Assembly: GCA_902761275.1 (NCBI GenBank)
Contig: CACWJS010000003.1
Span: 1-59,735 of the forward strand
Direction: 5' to 3'
DNA from: an uncultured bacterium
Lineage (GTDB): Bacteria; Verrucomicrobiota; Kiritimatiellia; RFP12; UBA1067
Length of the DNA stretch: 59,735 nucleotides
Below, piece after piece: positions 28,761 to 38,501 of this stretch. The notes beneath the pieces are model-generated. The model did not search any database. It was given only the letters and a program-made list of their open reading frames with translations, and was not told where the DNA came from. Within the stretch, counting starts at the first letter, position 1, and each line of letters begins with the position of its first letter. Both the position numbers and the translations under genes were made by a program.

Positions 28761-30191
28761 ATGGCACTTGGAAGCACGATAGCGGGAACGTGGTATCCCG
28801 GAACGGAAAGCGAAATCCGCGCTCTCGCCAAGAAGTGGGAGACTGCATGCGGCGAGGCGTCGTCGGGAGAGAAGCCGAATGTCCTCGTCTTGCCGCATGC
28901 GGGCTGGGCATATTCCGGAGAAACGGCATGGACTGCGGTGCGCACAGTGCGCGGCGCGAAGTTCCGCCGCGTTGTCATCCTTGCGCCGAGCCACCGTGCG
29001 TGGATCGAGAACCGTCTCGTCGCCCCAGAGTCCGACGCTGTTTCGACGCCGCTTGGCGAGATCAAGATCGACCGCGACTGGCTCGACCGCCTCGCGCTCA
29101 TCGCGCCTGTTGCGCGCAATGACCGCGTGCATTCCGCCGAACATTCCGCGCAGATCGAGTATCCGCTTCTCCAGCTTGCGCTTGGCAATGGCTTCACGAT
29201 CGTGCCGCTTGTGATGGGTTCCTTTGGCCAGGACCAGATGGGGATGTGCGCTCGCGCGCTGGCACGACTGATGGACGCGGAGACTTTGCTTGCCATCTCG
29301 TCAGACTTTACGCACTACGGCGACGACTTTTCATATACTCCATTTGGCAAGAGCGGCGGCGAGGATATTCGCCGCAAGGTCGCAGCTTCCGACGACGAGG
29401 CGTTCCAGCTTATTGCGAAGGGCGATGCCGACTCCTTTGCCGCGTTCATAAAGCGCACAGGCGCAACGATCTGCGGGCATGTGCCGATCGAGCTCGCGCT
29501 CCGCGCGTTTCCGAAAGGTGCGTCCATCGTCAGGCAGAAGTACGCGACGTCGAGCGACGGTGGTGGAGACTATTCGCGCTTTGTCTGCTATGTCGCCGCG
29601 ACAGGATGCGTGAAGTGGAAGGGGGAGACTGGCGCGGTTCTTTCCGCCGACGACAGGGCGTATCTTTTGCGCATCGCGCGCGCGTCGATGGAGAAGGCGG
29701 TGAGAAACGGGATGCGGCGCGGTGCAGGCATTGACGTATCTGATGCGCCAAAGTCGACGCGCGCCAAGATGGGCGCGTTCGTCACGCTGAACGACAAGAC
29801 GACCGGCGCGCTGCGCGGCTGCATAGGCGAGATTATGCCGATGCGCCCGCTCGTCGAGGCGGTGGCTGCACGCGCCGTAGACTCGGCGCTTGGAGACCCG
29901 CGCTTTTCGCCCGTCTCGGAACGCGAGCTTGGCGGAATACGCGTAGAGGTCTCGGCTCTTACGCCGCCGAAGCGCGTTGCGTCGTGGCGCGACATAGTGC
30001 TGGGCCGAGACGGCATGACGCTTGAGAAGAACGGATGCTTCGCCGTGTTCCTTCCGCAAGTCGCGCCTGAGCAGGGCTGGGATTTGCCGACGACGCTTTC
30101 GTATCTCTCGCAGAAGGCGGGGCTTTCGCCTGACGCCTGGCGTGACGGAGCGACCTTCGAGACTTTCCAGGCCGAGGTGTTTCATGAGTGA
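28761..30191 (+). CDS. AmmeMemoRadiSam protein B (MEMO1) - protein A (AMMECR1) fusion
   Basis: AGTWYP, PHAGW, EHS, SSDFTHY, TICG; then GAFVTL, LRGCIG, DPRF, FLPQVAPEQGW. Confidence 0.92.
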   Translation: MALGSTIAGTWYPGTESEIRALAKKWETACGEASSGEKPNVLVLPHAGWAYSGETAWTAVRTVRGAKFRRVVILAPSHRAWIENRLVAPESDAVSTPLGEIKIDRDWLDRLALIAPVARNDRVHSAEHSAQIEYPLLQLALGNGFTIVPLVMGSFGQDQMGMCARALARLMDAETLLAISSDFTHYGDDFSYTPFGKSGGEDIRRKVAASDDEAFQLIAKGDADSFAAFIKRTGATICGHVPIELALRAFPKGASIVRQKYATSSDGGGDYSRFVCYVAATGCVKWKGETGAVLSADDRAYLLRIARASMEKAVRNGMRRGAGIDVSDAPKSTRAKMGAFVTLNDKTTGALRGCIGEIMPMRPLVEAVAARAVDSALGDPRFSPVSERELGGIRVEVSALTPPKRVASWRDIVLGRDGMTLEKNGCFAVFLPQVAPEQGWDLPTTLSYLSQKAGLSPDAWRDGATFETFQAEVFHE

Positions 30192-31029
30192 CGTGGGCGA
30201 GGCCGTTTGCAAAACGTGCCCGCGTCATTGCCGTCTCGCAGATGGCGCGATTGGATTTTGCCGCGCACGGCGGGCGGAAGGAGGCCGGGTCGTCGCGGCG
30301 AACTATGGACAGATTTCGTCGCTCGCACTCGACCCGATTGAGAAGAAGCCTATTGCGTTCTTTCATCCAGGAAGCAATATCCTTTCCATTGGTTCGTATG
30401 GATGCAACCTTCGCTGTCCGTTCTGCCAGAACGACGGAATCTCGCAGCATGGCGTGGATGAAGTGCCCTGCAGGGCGGCGACGCCTGTCGAGCTTGCGGA
30501 TCTCGCGGCGCGGCTCAAGGACGATCGGGACAACATAGGGCTTGCCTACACTTACAACGAGCCGCTTGTCGGTTGGGAGTTTGTGCGCGACTGCGCGAAG
30601 GAGATCCGCGCGCGCGGCATGTTCAATGTTCTCGTTTCGAACGGTTGCGCGAGCGAAGAGGTGATATCGGAGCTTGCGCCTCTTATTGACGCGGCGAACA
30701 TCGACCTCAAGGGTCCCTCGCAGGATTACTACGGCTGGGTCGGCGGAGATTTCAAGGCGGTTTGTCGTACGATTTCTATGTTGCACGAGGCAGGTTGCCA
30801 TGTCGAGGTGACGACGCTCGTCGTGCCAGGGCGAAACGACGCCGATGCAGACATAGACGCCATCGCCGCTTTTGTCGCTTCCGTCTCGCCAGATATCCCG
30901 CTTCATGTCACGCGCTTCTTCCCGCGCTGGCGAATGTCTGACGCCTCGCCCACTCCCGTCGCGACCGTCCGCAGTCTCGCCGATCTCGCCCGCCGTCGCC
31001 TATCCCGCGTCCTCGTCGGCAACTGCTGA
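30184..31029 (+). CDS. amrS: AmmeMemoRadiSam radical SAM enzyme
   Basis: CxxCPRHC, DPIEKKP, CNLRCPFCQN, YTYNEP. Confidence 0.92.
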   Translation: MSDVGEAVCKTCPRHCRLADGAIGFCRARRAEGGRVVAANYGQISSLALDPIEKKPIAFFHPGSNILSIGSYGCNLRCPFCQNDGISQHGVDEVPCRAATPVELADLAARLKDDRDNIGLAYTYNEPLVGWEFVRDCAKEIRARGMFNVLVSNGCASEEVISELAPLIDAANIDLKGPSQDYYGWVGGDFKAVCRTISMLHEAGCHVEVTTLVVPGRNDADADIDAIAAFVASVSPDIPLHVTRFFPRWRMSDASPTPVATVRSLADLARRRLSRVLVGNC

Positions 31030-31105
31030 CAGAAGTTATGGTCGCCGGGCTTGGGCATGGCGGCCGGGAATATGGTAAAATATTTTCAAAAGACTCGGTG
31101 GCGAT

Positions 31106-31621
31106 ATGAGAATACTTTTTCTTAGCGATATACATGGTGTGCCTGCGGCGCTTGATGCGGCGCTGGCGGCTGGTGCCGCGCTTGGCTATGACAAGATTGC
31201 GCTCTTGGGCGATTTGCTGTATCACGGGCCGAGGAACGGCGTTCCTAACTTCTACGATCCCGTGAAGGTCGCGGAGATGCTCAACGCGCACAAGGACGAA
31301 ATCGTCGCGGTGCGCGGCAATTGCGACGCGGAAGTCGACCAGATGATGGTCAAGTTCCCGATCACCGCCGACTACCAAGTGCTTGACGCGGGGAACAAGA
31401 AGTTCTTCCTCACGCACGGTCACCTGTGGAACGAATGGAAGCTTCCCCCAATCGGAATCGCCGACGTTCTCGTTCATGGCCATACACACGTTCCCGAACT
31501 CAAGACGCTCGAGTGCGGGATGACGATCTTCAATCCTGGGTCGGTGTCGCTCCCTAAGGGCGGCTCGTCGCGTTCGTTCGGCTACTATGACGGGGAGAAC
31601 CTCAAGCACTATGTCATTTGA
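31106..31621 (+). CDS. yfcE: YfcE-family phosphodiesterase
   Basis: SDIHG, GDLLYHGPRN, RGNCD, GHTH, NPGS. Confidence 0.92.
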   Translation: MRILFLSDIHGVPAALDAALAAGAALGYDKIALLGDLLYHGPRNGVPNFYDPVKVAEMLNAHKDEIVAVRGNCDAEVDQMMVKFPITADYQVLDAGNKKFFLTHGHLWNEWKLPPIGIADVLVHGHTHVPELKTLECGMTIFNPGSVSLPKGGSSRSFGYYDGENLKHYVI

Positions 31622-32210
31622 TGCTGTGATTCTTGCAAACGGCGACTTCCCGAAGAAGGATGGCGCCGCATGGAAAATTCTCGCGGGAGCAAAGCGCGTT
31701 GTCGCGTGTGACGGCGCGTCTGACGCCTACTGCCGGCGCTTCGGCAAGTCGCCTTTCGCAGTCGTTGGCGACATGGATTCCATCGGCCACCATCCAGAGG
31801 GTTCTGAAATCGTGACAGTTCCCGACCAGTCGACGAACGACCTCTCGAAGGCAGTCGGCTGGTGCCGCGCTAAGGGCTTCAAGAAGCTTGTCGTTGTCGG
31901 CGCGATGGGAAAGCGCGAAGACCATCTTCTCGGCAACGTCTTCCGTGCGCTCGATCTCGGAGTTGAGATCGTGACGGAATTCGGGCGCTTCGTCCCTGTT
32001 GTCGGCAAGGCGTCGTTCCGCGTCTCGAAGGGAGCGCCAGTGAGCGTGTTCGCAGTAGATCCTGCAACGCGCGTGACTTCCACGGGTCTTGAATGGCCGC
32101 TTGCCGACGTGAAGTTCAAGAACCTCTATTGCGCGACTCTTAACCGCGCAAGCGCCGCGCGCGTCACGCTCACCACGACGAAACCTGTCCTCGTCTACAT
32201 TGGCTCATGA
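31611..32210 (+). CDS. thiN: thiamine diphosphokinase
   Basis: VILANG, CDGA, GDMDS, DQSTND, GKREDH. Confidence 0.88.
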   Translation: MSFDAVILANGDFPKKDGAAWKILAGAKRVVACDGASDAYCRRFGKSPFAVVGDMDSIGHHPEGSEIVTVPDQSTNDLSKAVGWCRAKGFKKLVVVGAMGKREDHLLGNVFRALDLGVEIVTEFGRFVPVVGKASFRVSKGAPVSVFAVDPATRVTSTGLEWPLADVKFKNLYCATLNRASAARVTLTTTKPVLVYIGS

Positions 32211-32731
32211 AAATCGTACTTGCAAGTGGCAGCCCACGGCGGGCGAAAATACTAAAGGATCTCGGTGTCGATTTCGAGGTCGTCAAAACAGACGCGCCTG
32301 AAGTCTCCTATCCCGCAGACCCCGAACGGACTGTGCGCGAGAACGCGCTTGCAAAGGGCGCGGCGCTTCTTGGACGCAAGGGCGTCTTGAGCGCCGACAC
32401 GATCGTGTGGTTCTCTAACCGCATCTATGGCAAGCCGCGCGATCTCGAAGAGGCGAAGGAGTTTCTGCGCGAGCTCGCGGGCAAAGTTCACACAGTCTTT
32501 ACAGGAGTCGCTTTTGACGGCGAAGTGAAGGTCGTCCGCAGTGACGTAAAGTTTCGCGAACTTTCCGAGGCGACGATAGAGGAGTATGTCGCGCGCGTGA
32601 GGCCTACCGATCGCGCGGGCGCGTATGACATAGACGAGTCTGGCGACTTGATCGTCGAGTCGTACTCTGGCAGCTACGAGAACATAATGGGGCTCCCCGT
32701 TGAGCCGCTCAAGGAATGGGGGATCGCATGA
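32207..32731 (+). CDS. maf: Maf-family nucleotide pyrophosphatase
   Basis: LASGSPRR, SADT, NIMGLP. Confidence 0.92.
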   Translation: MKIVLASGSPRRAKILKDLGVDFEVVKTDAPEVSYPADPERTVRENALAKGAALLGRKGVLSADTIVWFSNRIYGKPRDLEEAKEFLRELAGKVHTVFTGVAFDGEVKVVRSDVKFRELSEATIEEYVARVRPTDRAGAYDIDESGDLIVESYSGSYENIMGLPVEPLKEWGIA

Positions 32732-33381
32732 AGGCAGTGGTAGTTCTTTCTGGCGGGCAGGATTCCGCGACGGCGCTCGCGATGGCCGTGAAGAAGCACG
32801 GCGCAGAGAACGTCGCGGCAATTACCTACACCTATGGCCAGCGCCATGCGCTCGAGACGAAGTTCGCGCGCCGTCTCGCCAAGGGAATATTCAAGATCGC
32901 CTTGTGGAAGCGCGTGCCGCTTTCGTTCTATTCCTCGATCACAGACAACGCGCTTCTCTCGAAGGACGTCGCAATCGAGAAGAAGAAGGGCGCGAAGTGC
33001 CCCAACACAGTCGTGGAAGGGCGAAACGCCGTCTTTTTAACGCTTGCGTCCGTCTGGGCGAAGTCGCTTGGCGCGAAAGAGGTGTGGACTGGCGTTTCGG
33101 AGGCGGACTTCTCGGGCTATCCCGACTGCCGCGCGGCGTTTATTCGTGCACACGAGAAGGCGACGCGCCTTGCGCTAGACTGGCCGGTCAAGTTCGTGAC
33201 ACCGTTCATCCACATGACCAAGGCGGAGGAGTGGGCACTTGCGGCGAAGCTCGGCATCCTCGGTGTTATCGAGAACGACACCCTCACTTGCTACAACGGC
33301 ATCCCGGGGCGCGGCTGCGGCAAATGCCCCGCCTGTCGCCTCCGTGCACGCGGCTATGAAGAATTCTCCCGCAGTAGATAG
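32728..33381 (+). CDS. queC: 7-cyano-7-deazaguanine synthase
   Basis: SGGQDS, YGQRH, GYPDCR, TCY..CGKCPAC. Confidence 0.95.
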   Translation: MKAVVVLSGGQDSATALAMAVKKHGAENVAAITYTYGQRHALETKFARRLAKGIFKIALWKRVPLSFYSSITDNALLSKDVAIEKKKGAKCPNTVVEGRNAVFLTLASVWAKSLGAKEVWTGVSEADFSGYPDCRAAFIRAHEKATRLALDWPVKFVTPFIHMTKAEEWALAAKLGILGVIENDTLTCYNGIPGRGCGKCPACRLRARGYEEFSRSR

Positions 33382-33420
33382 TTTTCGGAGAACGCGAGAT
33401 AATCGTGTCTCGGGCGAGGG

Positions 33421-34638
33421 CTATCTTTGAGAGTTCTGGTCGCGGTAGTCGCGCATGGACATTCCGAATTTCTTCTTGAACAGACCCTTTGGCGGTGTTG
33501 GGTTTCCCCATCCGCAGGCGGCGGTGATTTCGGCGATCGGGTCGTTTGTCTGCCGTAGACGGCGCTTGACCTCCTCCAGCCGGACTCGCAGCATGGCTTC
33601 GTATACGCTCTCGCCTTGAAGTTGCCTGAACCGGAGTTCAAGAAGCGAGCGCGACACCTTGAATCGTCTTGCTACGTCATTTACGCCAATCCCCTTCACT
33701 GCGTTCCGCTCTATGTAGGCAAGAACCTTCTGGACGAGCCGGCCGGACTCCGACTGTACCACGGTGGATTCGCGGTGGACGATGGCGCGTATGCCGACTC
33801 TGTTGAGCCGCTTGTTCGGCAGGATCTTGCCACCTGACATCATCCGCTCCAGCAGTTCCGCAGCGAGCCGGCCTTCCTCGATGAAGTTCGGCTGGATGCT
33901 CGAAAGCCTGGGGTCGGTGTTTTCGCAGAGAATCGGGTCGTTGTTTACGCCGAGGATTCCAATTTCCGCCGGGATTTTGATGCCAATTTCGTTGCACACG
34001 TCAACAACTTCAAAGGCGCGGTCGTCGCATGCCGCGAGAATGCCGCAGGGCTTGGGAAGTCCCTGGAGCCACTTTATCAGCGTATGCTTGTCCTCGACCT
34101 TGTCCTGGAAGTGCGTGATGTCGAACATGCGCCCGATGAAGCCGGCATTCTCGAGCACGTCGCGGAATGCGGTGCCGCGCTCGCGGCTCCAGTCGTCGTC
34201 CGTGCGGTAGCCGGCGTAGCCGTAGCTTCTATAGACGCCCTGTCTGAGAAGGGCGTGTGCTGCCTCGCGTCCGACAGTCTGCGAATCGCTCTTTACGAAT
34301 GCGATTTTTTTTGTTCTTCTCTCGATGCCGCCTCCCGACACGTTCATCACGACAGTGGGGATGTCCGTCGCAGCGAGAACGCCGAGCGCGTCTTCCGTTC
34401 CTGGTATGCCAACGATGAAGCCGTCCGTGCCGCGTGAAAGCTCATGTTTCACGACTTCAGCCGTGAATTCGTGCTTCGTGCGGTAGATGATGAGCTGCCA
34501 GCGCCGCCCTGCGCTCAGGTAGTCGAAGATGCCGTTTAGCTTGTCCTGTCCGGCGATGCCGGCCATCCTGAGCGCGACTACCACTCGCCGCGGCGCGCTG
34601 GTCGGCTTGCAGTCCTGTGGTTTGCGATTCAAGGCCAT
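33421..34638 (-). CDS. XylR-type regulator (sugar-binding domain + AraC HTH)
   Basis: LPKPCGILAACDDRA, ILGVNND, SRSLLELRF; TGCTATAAT 6 nt upstream of the ATG. Confidence 0.9.
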   Translation of the reverse strand: MALNRKPQDCKPTSAPRRVVVALRMAGIAGQDKLNGIFDYLSAGRRWQLIIYRTKHEFTAEVVKHELSRGTDGFIVGIPGTEDALGVLAATDIPTVVMNVSGGGIERRTKKIAFVKSDSQTVGREAAHALLRQGVYRSYGYAGYRTDDDWSRERGTAFRDVLENAGFIGRMFDITHFQDKVEDKHTLIKWLQGLPKPCGILAACDDRAFEVVDVCNEIGIKIPAEIGILGVNNDPILCENTDPRLSSIQPNFIEEGRLAAELLERMMSGGKILPNKRLNRVGIRAIVHRESTVVQSESGRLVQKVLAYIERNAVKGIGVNDVARRFKVSRSLLELRFRQLQGESVYEAMLRVRLEEVKRRLRQTNDPIAEITAACGWGNPTPPKGLFKKKFGMSMRDYRDQNSQR

Positions 34639-34767
34639 GCGCGTATTATAGCAAACATTGAAGGCGATTTCTTTGGTTGGCGGAAAGATGATGTAATTTT
34701 GGCGTAAAAGATATTTGATTGGCGGAGAACTTTTGCTATACTCATTACAACAAAGGAGATAGTGTCT

Positions 34768-36603
34768 ATGGAAGACGATAAAAAATTCGGTTTTTCCAAG
34801 TGGGGCAATTGCTTTCTCGCAGTGTTTGCGTTCGCGTGCGCCGCGTCCGTCTGCGCGGCGGGGACGCTGCCCGCGGGCTACACCCGCGTCGTCGGCATCC
34901 AGTCGGCCGGGCTTTCGGGCAACGCGCCCTACATCGACCTCGGCTACAAGCCGACCCAGAACACCCGGGTGGACATCGATTTCGAGCTTCTGGACTGGGG
35001 TTGCGGCCAGTTTGGTGCGGCACTTGACCAATATCCATGTCCTTTTGGCGCCTGCCACGCTGGCAACACGCTTGCTTTCACTCTGACGGGCGGCGGCAGC
35101 ATAACTGATGGTCCCTGCTGGTCCTACCGCTGGGGAAATGGAAGCGATGTTACGATTATTTCCGGGGCCATCGTCGAGGGGCCGCATCGGCTTGAAGCCA
35201 ACGGTCCATCCTGGACGATGGACGGGTTGACCAAGGAGAAGACGGGCGGGTCTTCCGAGACTTTCACGTTGACACAGAGCCTCTATGTCTTCGCCCGCAA
35301 CAACAACGGGACGATGGACCATCCCGTGTACATGACGCTCTACGGCTTTGACATCTACGAGAGCGGCGTTCTCCAGCACTCCTTCGTGCCGTGCGTCAGG
35401 GATGCCGACGATGAGCCGGGGCTTTACGACACGGTCGGCGAAAAGGGGTTTCTCGTGAAGAGCGGCACGGGCGCGTTCACCGTGGTGAGGTCCTATCTTG
35501 AAATAGAGGGTGTCCCCAGAGTCGTCTGTGACTCATTTTGGGTTTCTCCTCGGCCGGTGGTGCACCCATTCGGCGACAGTTCGACCGTCCTTGTCAAAGA
35601 TGCCGACTATACATTGAGTGATGGAAGAAGGACCAGCTCGGATGGATATCGCTTCGGGTGGATCCAGGCGACCGGCATCGGCAACTATGCAGGGGTTGAT
35701 TCACGCAAGATATGGTACAGGTACATGGTTTCCACCAATGCCACGGATGCCTTTTCTGTCACCAACATCCCCCCGGTCGCATACAAGAATGGAGAGCCCT
35801 TGACGCCGCGTCCCGTTGTCCGCACGGCCGACGAAAGCCGGACGCTTGTTGAGGGCACAGACTACGATCTTTCATGGGGTAACAATTGCGAAATCGGCCG
35901 GGGCTATGTCTTAATTACCGGCAAGGGTGATTTCGCCGACAAACTCTGGGTGGAGTCTTTCTCCATTCTCCCCGTTCTTCCAGGCGGCCACAAGGCGGTG
36001 GAATGGATTCGCTCCTCCGGCACGCAGTATATCGACACCGGCTTCATGCCCGACCTCACGACCCGTGCTGATTACCATTTCAAAATGGAGTCTCAGCCGA
36101 CGATCTGGGAACAGACATTTGGCTCCCGCCAAAGCAGCAGCGCAAAAAAGTTCTACATTATCTGGAATTATTCGAGGAGTCGGTGGTCTTGCAACATCGG
36201 TGCATCTACGGCTTACGAGCCGGATTATCCGGCCGCAGTAGGCGAGCACTTCTTCTCGATCAACAGGACGACGTTTACTCTTGACGGCGTTTCGGAAACA
36301 GTCAGCGCGACTGCCTTCGAGAAGACCCACAACGCCTACATCTTCGCAACCAACCAAAACGGTATGCCGCTTAATAAGCCAGGTCCGTATGGCAAGTTCA
36401 AGCTCTATTCGCTGAAGATATGGGACGACGGCACGCTCGTGCGCAACTTTATTCCGTGCGTGAACAAGGAGGGCGTTGCGGGTCTCTACGACATCACGCC
36501 CGGCGCGGTGAAGAAGTTCTACTCCAACGACGGCACCGGCACGTTCGAGACGGGCCCGGAGCTTGAGGTTGGCCAGTCCGGTCTTACCATCTTCGTGCGA
36601 TAG
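34768..36603 (+). CDS. secreted multidomain protein (two LamG-like domains around two Ig/MBG-like repeats)
   Basis: Signal peptide; duplicated LP.GY..V..I.S.G..YID.G and F.PCV....GLYD blocks; duplicated DY.LS..TG.G.Y/F blocks; C-terminal GLTIFVR. Confidence 0.75.
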   Translation: MEDDKKFGFSKWGNCFLAVFAFACAASVCAAGTLPAGYTRVVGIQSAGLSGNAPYIDLGYKPTQNTRVDIDFELLDWGCGQFGAALDQYPCPFGACHAGNTLAFTLTGGGSITDGPCWSYRWGNGSDVTIISGAIVEGPHRLEANGPSWTMDGLTKEKTGGSSETFTLTQSLYVFARNNNGTMDHPVYMTLYGFDIYESGVLQHSFVPCVRDADDEPGLYDTVGEKGFLVKSGTGAFTVVRSYLEIEGVPRVVCDSFWVSPRPVVHPFGDSSTVLVKDADYTLSDGRRTSSDGYRFGWIQATGIGNYAGVDSRKIWYRYMVSTNATDAFSVTNIPPVAYKNGEPLTPRPVVRTADESRTLVEGTDYDLSWGNNCEIGRGYVLITGKGDFADKLWVESFSILPVLPGGHKAVEWIRSSGTQYIDTGFMPDLTTRADYHFKMESQPTIWEQTFGSRQSSSAKKFYIIWNYSRSRWSCNIGASTAYEPDYPAAVGEHFFSINRTTFTLDGVSETVSATAFEKTHNAYIFATNQNGMPLNKPGPYGKFKLYSLKIWDDGTLVRNFIPCVNKEGVAGLYDITPGAVKKFYSNDGTGTFETGPELEVGQSGLTIFVR

Positions 36604-36623
36604 CGCGGCGGCGCTATGCCAGC

Positions 36624-38006
36624 ATGAAAGTCAATGACCATATTTCCGTCCGCTATCTCCTCGCAATCGCGGGGTTAGGCGGGCTTCTCTACGGCATCGA
36701 CTTTGGCGTCATCGCCGCAGCGTCTCCCTACATCAAGGCACTCGGACTATTCACCGACGCCGAGCTTAGTTGGGTCGTCGGAGCAGTCCTCTTCGGCGGC
36801 ATCGTTTCATCGCTTACGGCGGGGATGCTTGCCGAGCGGTTCGGCAGGAAACGCATGATTGTCGCTGCGGCTGCGCTCTTCTTCGTGGCTGTTCCTACTG
36901 TCTGCCTTTCGGAAAAGTCTCTTTGGACGATGCTTTTCGGACGCGTCCTCCAGGGCATGAGCGCCGGATACATGGCCGTCGTCATGCCGATGTATCTTAC
37001 CGAGACCCTGCCGCCGGAGATTAGAGGACGCGGCACCGGCGTTTTCCAGTTCTGCCTCGGGCTTGGCCTTGTCGCGGCTGCTGCTGTCGGATATTTTGTC
37101 GCGAAGCTGTACGGCGCGGCGGACGCGCCGGCGGAGCTTGTCGCGGATGCCGCTAAATCCGCTGCGTGGAAGATGAACTTCTGGTGGACGCTCGCTCCTG
37201 TTGCGGCGCTTTTTTTCGGCAGTCTGCGGCTCCCGGAAAGCCCGGTGTGGGAGAAAAGGGTAAAGTGTGGGAGTGGAGGAGTGAGGGAGTGTGGGAGTGG
37301 AGGAGTTAACTCACCCACTCACCCACTCACCCACTCCCTCACTTTGAATTCCCGCCGCTATGTCGTGCCTTTTCTCTTGGCGGTCGCCGTCCTGACGCTC
37401 AACAAGACGACGGGGATGAGTTCCGTCACCAGCTATTCGGTGATGATATTTCAGAAGGCCGGTTTCGCCGGAGCTCTTGGGAATGTTGGCGACTTTGCGA
37501 TCAAGCTGACGAATCTCGTCGTCACGCTCGTCGCGGCGGCGATCATCGACCGCGTTGGCCGCACACGGCTCTTGAAGATCGGCACGGCGGGCATGACGCT
37601 CGGGCTTGCGGCAATTGGCGGCGTCCTTCTCGCCATTGAGCGTTTCGGAGTCGCTGCGAACAGCGTGACAGGGATTTTCTGTCTCGCGGCGTTTTTCGTG
37701 ATGCAGGTTTTTTACGCGCTGGGTCCCGGCATCTGCGTGTGGCTAGTCCTTTCCGAGCTGATGCCTTCGCGCATCCGCGCCAATGGCATGTCGATTGCGC
37801 TTTTCATGAACCAGTTCGTCGCGTGGGGGCTCGCGTCGTCGTTCCTGCCGTGGGTCAACGCCTGGGGATGGGCGTCGATGTTCTTCTTCTTCGCCGTTAA
37901 CGGAGTAATCTACTTTATTGTCTCGCTCTTCATCCCCGAGACCAGGGGCAAGACGCTGGAGGAGCTTGAACATCTTTTTGATAAAAAGCTTGGAGCTGAG
38001 AGCTGA
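36624..38006 (+). CDS. MFS sugar porter
   Basis: GGLLYGID.G, ERFGRK, PESP, DRVGR, PETRGKTLEE. Confidence 0.95.
   Translation: MKVNDHISVRYLLAIAGLGGLLYGIDFGVIAAASPYIKALGLFTDAELSWVVGAVLFGGIVSSLTAGMLAERFGRKRMIVAAAALFFVAVPTVCLSEKSLWTMLFGRVLQGMSAGYMAVVMPMYLTETLPPEIRGRGTGVFQFCLGLGLVAAAAVGYFVAKLYGAADAPAELVADAAKSAAWKMNFWWTLAPVAALFFGSLRLPESPVWEKRVKCGSGGVRECGSGGVNSPTHPLTHSLTLNSRRYVVPFLLAVAVLTLNKTTGMSSVTSYSVMIFQKAGFAGALGNVGDFAIKLTNLVVTLVAAAIIDRVGRTRLLKIGTAGMTLGLAAIGGVLLAIERFGVAANSVTGIFCLAAFFVMQVFYALGPGICVWLVLSELMPSRIRANGMSIALFMNQFVAWGLASSFLPWVNAWGWASMFFFFAVNGVIYFIVSLFIPETRGKTLEELEHLFDKKLGAES
37264..37343. repeat. in-frame 8-mer hairpin element in the MFS central loop
   Basis: AGTG(T/G/A)(G/A)GG x5 - AGTTAACT - CACCCACT x3 - CCCTCACT; translated CGSGGVRECGSGGVNSPTHPLTHSLT. 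Confidence 0.9.
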
Positions 38007-38056
38007 GAGCTTAGAGCTCAGAGCTTGAAGCTTAGAGCTTAGAGCTGGGAGCAGAG
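37987..38056 (+). repeat. AGCTNNG heptamer array 1 (~10 units)
   Basis: agcttgg agctgag agctgag agcttag...; supplies the MFS stop codon. Confidence 0.95.
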
Positions 38057-38067
38057 GAGAAGTGAGT

Positions 38068-38430
38068 ATGATAAAGAGTTATAGAGAACTGAAGGTTTGG
38101 CAAAAGGCCATGGACTTTGCAGAACATGTGTACAAGGTCCAGAGGCGCTTTCCTGCCGAGGAACGCTATGGCCTCTGCGACCAGCTGCGCCGTGCAGCAG
38201 TTTCCATTCCTTCTAATATCGCGGAAGGTCGTGGCAGGGATACGGCTAAGGACTTTTCGCACTTCCTGTCACTTGCCCGGGGCTCTTTAAATGAAGTCAC
38301 AACTCAGTTGGAACTGGCGGTTCGGCTTGGCTATCTTGATTCCGGAAGCGGCCTCGATGAGGAATCCCAGGAGATCGGGAAAATGCTGAATGCCATGATA
38401 CAACGTCTTAAACAATCAAAACAACCCTAA
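38068..38430 (+). CDS. four helix bundle protein (23S rRNA IVP / Avd-like family)
   Basis: SYRELKVWQKAM, FPAEERYGLCDQLRRAAVSIPSNIAEG, ARGSLNE. Confidence 0.95.
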   Translation: MIKSYRELKVWQKAMDFAEHVYKVQRRFPAEERYGLCDQLRRAAVSIPSNIAEGRGRDTAKDFSHFLSLARGSLNEVTTQLELAVRLGYLDSGSGLDEESQEIGKMLNAMIQRLKQSKQP

Positions 38431-38454
38431 GGAAAGGAAACGCTTAGTGACGGT

Positions 38455-38496
38455 AGCTCTCAGCTAAAAGCTAAAAGCTCCAAGCTCTAAGCTGAA
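38455..38496 (-). repeat. heptamer array 2, inverted (~6 units)
   Basis: agctctc agctaaa agctaaa agctcca agctcta agctgaa; complementary to the other arrays. Confidence 0.9.
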
Positions 38497-38501
38497 AAAC
38501 C

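Noticed and set aside
32728-33381. queC as part of a Dpd or Qat defence system
   Set aside because: Canonical short QueC in a housekeeping run with no dpd/qat partners
34639-35379. N-terminal extension of the 652 aa xylR ORF
   Set aside because: Overlaps the divergent gene; a -10 element and ATG at 34638 mark the real start
38068-38430. Diversity-generating retroelement (Avd-like gene)
   Set aside because: No reverse transcriptase and no TR/VR pair differing at adenines seen in the window
37987-38496. 23S rRNA intervening sequence
   Set aside because: The flanks are protein-coding genes; no rRNA sequence is present
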